Assembly (NCBI GenBank): GCA_963813485.1
Contig: CAWEZE010000017.1
Coordinates: 1,919 to 65,918 of the forward strand
Source of the DNA: an uncultured bacterium
Lineage (GTDB): Bacteria; Actinomycetota; Acidimicrobiia; Acidimicrobiales; VFJN01
Direction: 5' to 3'
Length of the DNA: 64,000 bases
Position numbers and translations under genes: made by a program. Position 1 is the stretch's first letter. Every line of letters begins with the position of its first letter. Below the pieces are notes generated by a model. That model was not told the origin of the DNA and made no database searches. It worked only from the letters and a program-made list of their open reading frames with translations. Of this stretch, positions 20,592-34,565 are shown piece by piece.

Positions 20592-20639
20592 GGACTGGAG
20601 GCGGAACGGCGTCCCGGCCCGTCTGCCTACGCTGGGTAG

Positions 20640-22661
<2,022 letters not shown>

Positions 22662-22827
22662 CCACCGTGAGCCAAGAGGACGTGCCTACCGCTCGGCTAA
22701 GGAGCCGAGCGGATTGGGCGGTTCGCGAGCCTACGCGTGGAATTTGGCGGTCGACGGCCAGCTCCACCGCTCGGCTCCCCGGGAACACTGACCACCGTGA
22801 GCCAAGAGGACGTGCCTACTCGCCCAG

Positions 22828-23835
22828 CTAAGCGCCGCGCACTCGGCGCGCCAGCCGGCGGACCTCGTCGGAGGGCTCGACACCCAGTTCCGCCAGGGCC
22901 GACTCGCAGCGCTCGAGCGCTCGACGGGCTGCGACCCGATCCGACCGAGCCAGCGCCGCGGCGACGAGCACGGCGTAAGCGTCCTCCGCCCAGGGGTCGG
23001 CGCTTATCGCGCAACGCGCCACCGCCTCGGCCCGGTCGACGTCGCCTATGCCGACGAGCAGCTGGCCGGCCCTGGTCGCGGCCGTGACGAACTGGCGGCG
23101 GTAGTTGTCGCGGTCGAACGCCAGCCACTCGGCCTCGGGTACGTCGGCGAAGAGGTCGCCGCGGTAGAGCTTCACAGCGGCGAACAGGTGGTCGAGGGCG
23201 ACCGAGGGCGTCCCCTCGGCCTCGGCGTTGCGGGCCGCCAACACGTGCTCCTCGAACTCGTCGACGTCGATCTGCAGGGCCCCGCCGGTCACCAGGCGGA
23301 CGTCCTGACCGTCGATGCGGACCGTGTAGGCCGGCTCGCCCGGTCCCCGGTCGGGCTCCAGCAGGCGCAGCAGGTACGTCAGCGTGACCCGCAGGTTGTT
23401 GGCGCCAGACCGCTCGTCGAGGTCGGGCCAGAGGGAAGCAATGATGGCCCTGCGGGTCGCCTTGCGGTGCAGGACGAGGAACGCGAGCAATTCGCGGACC
23501 CGTTCCCGGCGTAGATCACCTCCGGTGACGTCCTCGCCCCCGTGCCGCATCGCCAACGGGCCGAGGACCGCCAGGTCCACGGCCTGCGGCGGCGGGGCGG
23601 GCACCGCCGCCAGCAGTGCTCGGGCCGCTGTCGCCCTGGGGGTGCGATGGCGGGCGAGGTCCCGGGCCGCACGCCGCCCGGGCGGGCCGAGGGCATCGAG
23701 CAAGGTCAGGGCCTCGGGCCTCCCCACCCGATGGAGAGCCACCGCCAGCTCGGCCGCCAATCGGTGGTGCAGCAACGAACGGATCACGTCCGGCGACAGG
23801 TGGCTCGAACTGGTGGAGGTGCTGCGTGCCGCCAC
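22828..23835 (-). CDS. OmpR-type winged-helix plus BTAD (SARP-like) DNA-binding module; probably the C-terminal part of the upstream STAND gene
   Basis: 335 aa. wHTH (LRRERVRELLAFLVLHRKATRRAIIASLWPDL..NNLRVTLTYLLRLL) followed by BTAD (LYRGDLFADVPEAEW...). No independent RBS is evident. The upstream ORF overlaps it out of frame. Confidence 0.8.
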   Translation of the reverse strand: MAARSTSTSSSHLSPDVIRSLLHHRLAAELAVALHRVGRPEALTLLDALGPPGRRAARDLARHRTPRATAARALLAAVPAPPPQAVDLAVLGPLAMRHGGEDVTGGDLRRERVRELLAFLVLHRKATRRAIIASLWPDLDERSGANNLRVTLTYLLRLLEPDRGPGEPAYTVRIDGQDVRLVTGGALQIDVDEFEEHVLAARNAEAEGTPSVALDHLFAAVKLYRGDLFADVPEAEWLAFDRDNYRRQFVTAATRAGQLLVGIGDVDRAEAVARCAISADPWAEDAYAVLVAAALARSDRVAARRALERCESALAELGVEPSDEVRRLARRVRGA

Positions 23836-25941
23836 CCTCCCGGACGGCGACGACCGCCGCCGCCAGCGAGCGGGCCGTCGCCAGGTAGCCCTTCAGCTGC
23901 ATGCCGTCCCAATGGGATCGGGTATCCGGGGCGAGCACATACGTGAGCGACAGCGCGTGCCGCCACGGCCGGCGGTCGGAGCCCCATTCCAGGCCGCTCG
24001 TCCTGGCCCTCTCGGCCAAGATGCCGCTCGCGGCGGCCTCCTCGCCTTCTGCGAGCGCCAATGCGGCCCGGGCGATCGCCAGGACCACCGCAGGGGAGCC
24101 GACGCGGGGCGCCTGCGCCTCCGCCTCGTCGAGGTACGGCCGGGCGGCCTCGACGTCGCCGACGAACGCCAGCGCCAAGCTCGCGTTCGCGAGGCTGAGC
24201 ATGATGTTCTGGGCTTGCCCGGCCGCCTGCACCCCGCGGAGCAGCTCGGGCAGGGCGGCGATCGCGTCGTCCACCCGGCCGAGGCACCACCACGCCGCGA
24301 CGCGGAGCGCGTCGGTCGTCCGCTGGAATGCCACGTCGGGCACCCTGCCCACACCGTCGAGCACCTCGAGCGCCCGCTCGGCATCGCCCGTACCGAGCAG
24401 CACTGCCGCCTCCAGCCACTGGGCCACCGCCCGCCAGGTGTCGTCGAGCACGGCGGGGTCGAGCATCGCCAGCTCGCGGAGCACGGTGGCGTCGTCGCCC
24501 GCCACGTCGGCAGCGACGGCCCGGCCCAGCGCAGCCAACGCCCGGGCGAGGGGATGCCCGGCCTCCGCCAGTTCGGCGATCCGGGGCGCGATCTCCGCCA
24601 GCAGGGCCATGTCCTGGTGCCACCACGCCACGCGGCCGAGCAATGCCAAGGCGTTGATCTCACAGTCGACGTCGCCCGCTTCGTGGGCGGACCGGGCGGC
24701 GTCCCGCAGCAGTTCGGCGGCGTTGGCCGGCGACGCCACCGCCGCTCGCAGCCCCACGGCCAGTTGCGCAGCGGGTGTGGCGCGCGCCGCCGGCGGGAGG
24801 TCGGCCAGCCACCGGTCGAGTTGCCGAGCCGTCGGCCGCTCACCGCTCAGGCATGCGGCGCGGAGGACGCCGGTGGCGGCGTCCCACTCCCCGGCTTCGG
24901 CCGCCAGGCTGTAGGCGTCGTCGAAATGCCCGCGCGCGGCGAGATGGGCGGCGGCCCGCCGGCGGATCACCAGGCGGTCGGCGGCCGGAAGCGCCAGCCG
25001 CCCGGTGGATCGCCACAGCGGATGGGGCGCCCGCCAGCCGTCGCTGCCGCGCGCCACCAGGGGGACGCCGTCGAGCGCCTCGGCGACGACCACTGGGCGT
25101 TCGAGCACGTCGGTCGCCAGGGCATCGTCGGCGCCCCCGAGGTCGGAGACGACGGCCAGGACGTGCCGGCGTTCCGCTCCGAGCGGCTCGAGCACCTCCT
25201 CCCAGACGTAATCCCCGGCTCGCTGGCCGTCGACGCTGGCCGCCAGTTCGGCCATCGCCGCCCAGCCCCCGGTGCCGGCCAGGCGGCCGCCGTCGACCCC
25301 CCGGGTGGCGGCGAAGGCCTCGAGCTCCTCGTCGGTAAACCGCAGGTCGTCCTCTGACAACTCGAGCAGAGCACCGTGCGTGGTCCATCGGGCAAGGGGG
25401 ATCGGCGGAGCGGTCCGGCCGGCGAACAGCAGGTGCCCGTTGGCCGGGAGTGCGTCGGCCAGGGCCGCCAGCCAGGCGGCGCCCGGAGAGGCGGAAGGCA
25501 CCGCGTGCACGTCGTCGAAGACGAGGCACACTGGCGTCGGCGCCCGTCGCCACATGGCGTCGGCGACGGCGCCCGCGTCCACGGTCGGGTTCGGCGTCCT
25601 CGGCGGCGCGGGAGCTCGGGCCGCGCGTCGGATGATGCGGTGCTGTCCGCTCCTGGCGCGGCGATCGACGAACGGCGCGCGAGGGCGGCGGCCACGTCAC
25701 GGGCCAGCGTGTCGCCGTCCGCGTCGGCGGGCTCGACGCCGAGCCAGATGTCGTCGCCACGGGGCGCCAGGCGGTTCTCGGCGATCGCCTGGGCCATGAG
25801 CGTGGTCTTGCCGAGCCCCGGTCCCCCGACCACCGCCGTGACCCGGTGGTCCCAGCGTCGGAGCAGAGCCCGCAGCAAACGAGGCCGGATCAGCGTGCCG
25901 GGCCGAGGCTCGGGAGGCTCGAACCGGAACGAGCGAGGCAT
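23836..25941 (-). pseudogene. STAND-type P-loop ATPase with TPR-like repeats (MalT/AfsR-like), frameshifted
   Basis: Walker A GGPGLGKTT in the frame starting at 25941. The rest (VCLVFDDVH Walker B, helical repeats) is in the frame listed as 23516..25582. The frame switches somewhere in 25585-25690 and again near 23790-23840. Confidence 0.7.
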
Positions 25942-26199
25942 GTCGCCCCTACGGTACGCGACTGGCGTGAGCTGGGCGTTGCCGACCGGGTGTTGCCCGC
26001 TTCGACGTCGTTAATGCCACCCGGTGACACTGCCCCCCAGCCCCCGCCACCCCGGCGCGGGGCGGTGGGCTGGGTCGGCGGCGGGCGGCGACCTCCCACC
26101 CCACAGGTGGGGCGCCCGCCCGGCGGTTGCCGGTCCCGACATCGAGTCGCCCGGCGGCGGCGTCTCCCCTGCCACCGCCGGGTAGCGACATCGACCCCG

Positions 26200-26247
26200 G
26201 TTCTGTCAGACCTCAGGCCCCAGATTGCGCCTGAGGTCTGACAGAAC
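26200..26247. repeat. Perfect 19-bp inverted repeat with 10-nt spacer in the STAND-regulator / sulfatase divergent region
   Basis: gttctgtcagacctcaggc-cccagattgc-gcctgaggtctgacagaac, 107 nt upstream of the sulfatase ATG. Confidence 0.9.
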
Positions 26248-26353
26248 GGCAAGGGGTCAGGCGGCGGCGGCCGCCCCGCTGGTCAAGTGTACGAAACAGC
26301 ATCCGCCGCGGGTCAGGTGGCGGGAACCACCACTCACGCGGCAGCTTTGTCGC

Positions 26354-28657
26354 ATGTTCACGAGTGCCGAGTCGACGCCGGTGTTCCCTGCCCGGCCCCA
26401 TCCCCCGCAGGGCGCGCCCCACGTGCTGGTGATCGTGCTCGACGACCTGGGGTTCGCTCAGCTCGGCTGCTTCGGAAGCGACATCGACACCCCGACCATC
26501 GACGGGCTCGCCGCCGGCGGGCTGCGGTACAACCGCTTCCACGTCACCTCCCTGTGCTCGCCCACGCGGGCATGCCTGCTCACCGGCCGCAACCACCACG
26601 CCGTGGGCATGGGCTTCCTCACCGACCTGCCCACCGGCTTCCCCGGCTACAGCGGGCGGATCCCGCCGTCGGCGGCCACGCTCGCCCGCATCCTGCGCGA
26701 CGTGGGCTACGGCACGTTCGCCGTCGGAAAGTGGCACCTCACGCCGCGCTGGGAGGAGAGCGCCTCGGGTCCCTTCGACCGCTGGCCGCTGGGGCTCGGC
26801 TTCGAGCGGCACTACGGCTTCCTGGGGGGCGACACCAACCAGTGGACGCCCGACCTGGTGTCCGACAACGGCTTTGTCGATCCGCCGCGAACCCCTGTGG
26901 AGGGCTACCACCTGACCGAGGACCTGGCCGACCGGGCGATCCGCTTCATCCAAGACCAACAGCAGGCCACGCCCGGGCGCCGCTTCTTCTGCTACTTCGC
27001 GCCCGGCGCCGTGCACGCTCCCCACCAGACCCCCCGGTCGTTCATCGACGCCTACCGCGGACGGTTCGACGCCGGCTGGGAGGCGTGGCGCCAGGCGACG
27101 TTCGCGCGCCAGTTGGACGCCGGGGTCGTGCCCGACGGGACCCGGATCAGCGAGCGTCCTTCCTGGGTGCCGGCCTGGGACGAACTGCCGGCAGACGAGC
27201 GCCAGCTGTACGCCCGGATGATGGAGGTCTTCGCTGGCTACCTGACGCACACCGACGCACAGATCGGGCGATTGCTCGACTTCCTGCGGACCGCCGGGCT
27301 TCTCGACGACACGCTGGTCCTGCTGATCAGCGACAACGGCGCCAGCGCCGAGGGCGGGCCCACCGGGTCGCTGAACGAGCACCGCTTCACGCACGACCGC
27401 CTCGACGACCTGGCCGACACGTTGACGCACATCGACGACCTCGGCGGCTTCCGGGCCTACAACCACTATCCCTGGGGTTGGGCATGGGCCGGCAACACGC
27501 CGCTGCGGCTGTGGAAGCGCTACGCGTGGCTGGGTGGTGTGCGGACCCCCCTCATCGCGCACTGGCCCGCGGCGATCCCGCCGTCGGCGGCCGGCATGGT
27601 GAGAGACCAGTTCTGCCACGCCGTCGACCTGATGCCCACCGTGCTCGACGCCGTGGGCATCGACGCCCCGGACGTGGTCGACGGCGTCGACCAGCAGCCG
27701 ATCGACGGCGCCAGCCTGCGGCCCACGTTCGACGATCCCGGGGCCCCGAGCCCGCGCCAGACGCAGTACTTCGAGATGGTCGGGTCCCGCTCGATCGTCC
27801 ACGGCGACTGGAAGGCCACGACCGACCACATCGGCCGGCAGCTCTCGGTCGAGCGCGAGCGGGTCCCCGGCAGCCACGACTTCGCTACCGACCGATGGTC
27901 GCTGTTCGACCTGTCGTCCGACTTCGCCGAGGCCGTCGACGTCGCCGACCAGCACCCGGAGCTGGTGGCCGAGCTCGAGGCCCTGTGGTGGCACGAGGCC
28001 GGCCGCAACCAGGTCCTACCGCTCGACGACAGCCTCATCGGTCGCGCCGTGGCGATGGAGCCGTCGCCCAACCTGCCCCGGCACCGGAGCGTCTTCCGTC
28101 CGGGTGGTGGCGGCGTGGCCGAGGACCTGCTGCCGCCGCTGGCCGGCGGCTTCGAGCTGACCGCGCACCTCGATGTCCCCGAGACCGATGGATCCGGCGC
28201 GTGCGCGGGTGTGGTGTGCGCGCTGGGCGACTGGAACAACGGCTGGGCGCTCTACGTCGTCGACGGCCACCCGGCTGTGGCGTTCAGCCTCTTCGGGACG
28301 CTCCACCGCGCCGTCTCGTCCGTGGTCCTGGCGCCCGGCCGCCGTCTGGTCCGGCTCGGCTACGAACGGGCGCGGGATCGCCGGGAGGGGGGTGGCGCCG
28401 TCCACCTCGCCGTCGACGACGGGCGCGTCGCCGAGCTCGAACTACCCCACGACCTGCCGTTCCGCTGGCAGATCGGCGGCGCCGGGCTGCACATCGGGGC
28501 CGACAAGGGCTTCCCGGTGTGCGACGACTACGAGCCGCCGTTCCCGTTCGCGGGCGCCGTCGACCGGGTCGAGATCGAGATACCCCACTTCGCCCCCCGC
28601 CCCGACGACGCCGCCCGCTCGGCGGCCGACGTGGCCCAGGCCCTGCGCCACGAGTGA
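26354..28657 (+). CDS. Cys-type arylsulfatase (AtsA/AtsD-like, ~770 aa class), no signal peptide seen
   Basis: Sulfatase signature LCSPTRACLLTGR. N-terminal DDLGF metal site. ATG at 26354 inside the listed ORF. Confidence 0.9.
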   Translation: MFTSAESTPVFPARPHPPQGAPHVLVIVLDDLGFAQLGCFGSDIDTPTIDGLAAGGLRYNRFHVTSLCSPTRACLLTGRNHHAVGMGFLTDLPTGFPGYSGRIPPSAATLARILRDVGYGTFAVGKWHLTPRWEESASGPFDRWPLGLGFERHYGFLGGDTNQWTPDLVSDNGFVDPPRTPVEGYHLTEDLADRAIRFIQDQQQATPGRRFFCYFAPGAVHAPHQTPRSFIDAYRGRFDAGWEAWRQATFARQLDAGVVPDGTRISERPSWVPAWDELPADERQLYARMMEVFAGYLTHTDAQIGRLLDFLRTAGLLDDTLVLLISDNGASAEGGPTGSLNEHRFTHDRLDDLADTLTHIDDLGGFRAYNHYPWGWAWAGNTPLRLWKRYAWLGGVRTPLIAHWPAAIPPSAAGMVRDQFCHAVDLMPTVLDAVGIDAPDVVDGVDQQPIDGASLRPTFDDPGAPSPRQTQYFEMVGSRSIVHGDWKATTDHIGRQLSVERERVPGSHDFATDRWSLFDLSSDFAEAVDVADQHPELVAELEALWWHEAGRNQVLPLDDSLIGRAVAMEPSPNLPRHRSVFRPGGGGVAEDLLPPLAGGFELTAHLDVPETDGSGACAGVVCALGDWNNGWALYVVDGHPAVAFSLFGTLHRAVSSVVLAPGRRLVRLGYERARDRREGGGAVHLAVDDGRVAELELPHDLPFRWQIGGAGLHIGADKGFPVCDDYEPPFPFAGAVDRVEIEIPHFAPRPDDAARSAADVAQALRHE

Positions 28658-28778
28658 GGCGCGCCGGCCGGCCGGGCCACCAACCCAAGCTGGTCGTAGG
28701 TGTGCGGCACATGACCGCATCGCTCCGACCAGAACTAGTGGACCCTCCAGCCCGGCCACCCGGCGTAGCATCCGGGCC

Positions 28779-28955
28779 ATGAACGAGCGACCCGAGGACG
28801 ATCCGGGCGCGGACACCGGCATGTTCCGTGCCTACGTCGAGCACGACGACGACGCCGACGCTCCCACCTCGCCCGGGGTCCCGCCAAGAGTCCTGGCCGG
28901 CGTCGCGGTCGTGCTGATGATCGTCGTGGTGGTGCTGATCCTCCTTCTCATCTAG
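28779..28955 (+). CDS. Small acidic protein with C-terminal transmembrane helix (58 aa)
   Basis: MNERPEDDPGADTGMFRAYVEHDDDADAPTSPGVPPRVLAGVAVVLMIVVVVLILLLI. ATG at 28779. Confidence 0.4.
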   Translation: MNERPEDDPGADTGMFRAYVEHDDDADAPTSPGVPPRVLAGVAVVLMIVVVVLILLLI

Positions 28956-29015
28956 ACGAACCGCACCCGCCCGGGGCGCGCACCAGGCCCCCGGTCATGT
29001 GCCAGCCTGGGCGGA

Positions 29016-30701
<1,686 letters not shown>

Positions 30702-30978
30702 TCCGCGTGCGTTCTGTCGCCAGGCGGGTGGAGAACCTGGCGTAAACGGCAGCCAAACGGAAAATCCGCGCGCGACTCGCCTCGGGTACACAGGGCGTCG
30801 AAGGGGAATAGTGTGCGCTGCCCGTGCTCGGACCGCCATCGGCACCGACGGCGTTGACGGTCCCGATCAGGATCAGCAGGACATAGACATCGACAGCGAC
30901 TTGTGGCGGTTGGGGAGGCCATGGCCGCTCCAACCGCCGCAGGTTCGCAGGGTGAGGTGGGCGTGCTAGGCAGGTGGT

Positions 30979-32334
30979 GTGCCCAGTCTCGACGAGTTAG
31001 GCGAGGCGCTGGCACCGCTGCTGGGAGGCTTCATGCCACGGCAACGGTGGTACGCCGGCAGCGAGCCGCCTGCCGACGTGGCGGTCACCACCCTCGATGC
31101 CCGCGAGGGCGATCCGTTGCTGGTATGGCTACTGGTCGACGCCATCGGCGCCGACGGTGGTCGCGCCACCTACCAGATCGTGCTGGGCGGGCGCCCGGCG
31201 CCATGCGACGCCGAGTTCCTCCAGGGCAAGGCACGGGTGACCCTCGGCGAAGTCGACGGCTGGATCTACTACGACGCGCTCGTCGACCCCGACCTGGCGC
31301 TGTTGGTGCTCGAGAGGGTGGCACCCGACGAGTCGGCGGAGGTCGCGCGACCTCTCGTCGTCGAACAGTCGAACACGTCTGTGGTCTACGACGAGCGGCT
31401 CATCCTCAAGCTCTTCCGCCGGGTGTACCCGGAGCCCAATCCGGACGTGGAGATCACCAAGCTGCTCGGGGAGCGTGGCTTCCGCCACGTCGTCCCCCAG
31501 CTGGCCGAGCTGCGGTACGAGGGGTGGGACCTTGCTGTCGTGCGGCAGTACCTGCTGGGATCCACCGACGCGTGGGATCTGGCGCACACCTCGCTGCGCG
31601 ATCTGCTCAATACCCGGATGCCGCCCGAGCAGGCCGGCGGCGACTTCGGCCCCGAGGCCCTGACACTCGGCGACGTGACGGCGCGCCTCCACTTGGCGAT
31701 GGCCGAGGTGTTCGGCACCGAGCCGGGGTCACCGAAGGACTGGCTCGACGGCTTCCGCGCCCAGCTCGAACGGCTGCCGGACGTTGCTGCCACGGCGGCG
31801 ACGCCGGTGGCCGATGTCGTCGACGCCGCCGCCGTTGGCGCCGCGCTGGCCACACTGGCCGACGTTGCCGACGCCGGGCAGGCCACGCGGATCCACGGCG
31901 ATCTCCACCTGGCGCAGATGCTGCTGGCCGACGCCGGCTGGTTCGTGCTCGACTTCGAGGGCGAACCGGTCAGGCCGGTCGCCGAACGCGTGCGGGTTTC
32001 GTCGCCGCTGCGGGACGTGGCCGGCATGGTCCGGTCCTTCCACTACGCCGCCCGCACCGGCCTCGCCGAGCGGGGTCGCGACGTCGACCCCGAGCTCGTG
32101 GAGTTGGCGGAGCAGTGGGAGTCCCGGGCCGCGGACGAGTTCTGGCGGGGCTACCAATCGGTCACGGGCATCGACGGGCTCTTGCCGGCGTCGGCGGCCG
32201 ACCGCGAGTCGCTGCTCCGAGCCTTCGAGCTCGACAAGGCGCTGTACGAGATCATCTACGAGCTTTCGCACCGGCCTGACTGGGTGGACATCCCGGCATC
32301 CGCAGTGCGGCGCACGCTCGCACTGGTGGCCTAG
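30979..32334 (+). CDS. pep2: Maltokinase (maltose 1-phosphate forming)
   Basis: 451 aa, GTG start. Mak/Pep2-like (QRWYAG, SNTSVVYDERLILKLFRR, RIHGDLHLAQML, DFEGEP). Confidence 0.9.
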   Translation: MPSLDELGEALAPLLGGFMPRQRWYAGSEPPADVAVTTLDAREGDPLLVWLLVDAIGADGGRATYQIVLGGRPAPCDAEFLQGKARVTLGEVDGWIYYDALVDPDLALLVLERVAPDESAEVARPLVVEQSNTSVVYDERLILKLFRRVYPEPNPDVEITKLLGERGFRHVVPQLAELRYEGWDLAVVRQYLLGSTDAWDLAHTSLRDLLNTRMPPEQAGGDFGPEALTLGDVTARLHLAMAEVFGTEPGSPKDWLDGFRAQLERLPDVAATAATPVADVVDAAAVGAALATLADVADAGQATRIHGDLHLAQMLLADAGWFVLDFEGEPVRPVAERVRVSSPLRDVAGMVRSFHYAARTGLAERGRDVDPELVELAEQWESRAADEFWRGYQSVTGIDGLLPASAADRESLLRAFELDKALYEIIYELSHRPDWVDIPASAVRRTLALVA

Positions 32335-32347
32335 GCAGGACCCGCCT

Positions 32348-34520
32348 GTGGCCTCGGTCCCCCGCACCGCCGAGATCGAGTCGCTCGTGGCGGGAACATG
32401 TCGGGACCCCCATCGGTTCCTGGGCGTCCACGAGGACGGCGGGCGGCTAGTGGTCCGGGCGTGGCGGCCGGAAGCGTCGTCAGCCACGCTCGAGGGCCAG
32501 CCGATGCGCAGGATCCACGATGGCGGGGTGTTCGAGGCCGAGCTGGACACTGCGCCAGCCCCCGGCTACCGGGTCACCTACCGCTGGGGTGGGGCTGCCG
32601 GAGACGAGCACACGGTCGTCGAGCCCTGGAGCCTGTTGCCCACCCTCGGAGAGCTCGACATCTACCTGGTGGGCGAGGGCCGGCACGAGCGCCTCTGGGC
32701 GGTGCTCGGGGCCCACCCCGGGGTGCATCAGGGCGTGGAGGGAACCGCGTTCGCCGTATGGGCGCCCTCGGCCCGGGCGGTGCGGGTGGTGGGCGAATGG
32801 AACGGCTGGGACGGCCGGGTCCATCCGATGCGGACGCTCGGCGTCTCGGGCGTGTGGGAGATCTTCGTGCCCGAGGCGCGCGCCGGGCACAGGTACAAGT
32901 TCGAGGTGCTCGGCGCGGACGGATCGCTGCGCCTGAAGGCCGATCCCCTCGCCACCGCCAGCGAGGCGCCGCCCGCCACGGCCAGCGTGATCTTCCGATC
33001 GAGCTTCGAGTGGGGCGACGGCGAGTGGATAGCCCGCCGCGCCGCCGCCAGGCCCTGGGACGAGCGGATGGCGGTCTACGAGGTGCACCTCGGCTCGTGG
33101 CGCCGGCACCCCGACGGCAGCTACCACGGCTACGACGAGCTCGCCGAGGGCCTCGCCGACCACGTGGCGGACCTCGGCTTCACACACGTGGAGCTGCTGC
33201 CGCCCACGGAGCATCCCTACGACCCGTCGTGGGGCTACCAGGTGTCGAGCTACTTCGCACCCAGCGCCCGCTTCGGCGATCCCGACGGCTTCCGGTTCCT
33301 GGTCGACCACCTGCACCGCCGGGGGATCGGCGTGCTCATCGACTGGGTGCCCGCCCACTTCCCCCGTGACGACTGGGCGCTGGCGCGCTTCGACGGCACC
33401 GCGCTGTACGAGCACGCCGACCCCCGCCAGGGCGAGCAGCCGGACTGGGGCACCCTGGTGTTCAACTTCGGCCGCAACGAGGTGCGCAACTTCCTCGTCG
33501 CCAGCGCCCGCTACTGGCTGGAGGAGATGCACGTCGACGGCCTGCGGGTCGACGCGGTCGCCTCGATGCTCTACCTCGACTACTCCCGCCGCGACGGCGA
33601 GTGGGTACCCAACCGCCACGGCGGGCGAGAGAACCTCGAGGCCATCTCGTTCCTGCAGGAGATGAACGAGCTGGTCCACCGCGACTTCCCGGGCGTGCTC
33701 ACCGTGGCCGAGGAGTCGACGGCGTGGGGCGGGGTTTCCCGACCGGTGGACGCGGGCGGCCTGGGATTCAGCCAGAAGTGGAACATGGGCTGGATGCACG
33801 ACACCCTCGAGTACTTCGGCCACGAGGCCGTGCACCGCCGCTGGCACCACGACCTGCTCACGTTCGGGCTGACCTACGCCTGGACCGAGAACTACGTGCT
33901 GCCGCTGAGCCACGACGAGGTCGTGCACCTCAAGGGCTCCCTGCTGAACAAGATGCCGGGTGACCCGTGGCAGCGCTTCGCCAACCTGCGGGCGCTGTAC
34001 GCCTGGATGTGGTCGCATCCCGGCAAGCAGCTGCTGTTCATGGGCGGTGAGTTGGCGCAGGAACGGGAGTGGAGCCAGGACCGCGAGATCGACTGGTACC
34101 TGCTGGCCGATCCGCTGCACCGGGGCGTGCGCGACCTGCTCCGCGAGCTCAACGCGGTGGAGGCCGCGCAGCCGGCGTTGTGGTCCGGCGATACCACGCC
34201 CGCGGGCTTCGCCTGGCTCGACGCCAACGACCGTGACACGTCGGCGTACGCCTTCCTGCGCTTGGGCTCGGGGGACGGATGGCGGAGTCGTCGCCTGCGT
34301 CGCCAACCTCACGCCAGTGCCTCGTCACGGCTACCGGATCGGCTTGCCCTTGTCTGGCCGTTGGGTCGACGCACTCAACACCGACGAGGAGCGATGGGGC
34401 GGCAGCGGGGTGGTCCAGCCGGAGGTGCACACCGACGGCACGCCATGGCAGGGGCAGCCCGACTCGGCGGTGTTGACGCTGCCGCCGCTGGCGGTCCGTT
34501 GGCTGGTTCCCGGGGGCTAA
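32348..34520 (+). pseudogene. glgB: 1,4-alpha-glucan branching enzyme, reading frame broken at a G5 run (34270-34274); possibly a sequencing indel
   Basis: GlgB-like from GTG 32348 to ...AFLRLGSG. The canonical C-terminus (GGVVACVANLTPVPRHGYRIGLP...LVPGG) continues in the +1 frame. Confidence 0.9.
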
Positions 34521-34565
34521 CGGGGTGGTGGCCGCTGGGACCCAGGTGGGAAACTGGATGTTCCT

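Noticed and set aside
26299-26315. Sixth copy of the TCATCC-N5-GGATGA motif upstream of arylsulfatase 1 (gcatcc gccgc gggtca).
   Set aside because: It has three mismatches in the 12 specified positions, which is within chance expectation. It was not counted.
34262-34280. Programmed ribosomal frameshift in glgB.
   Set aside because: There is no slippery heptamer or downstream structure. The break lies in a plain G5 run, and several unrelated genes show similar breaks, so an indel (error or mutation) is more likely.
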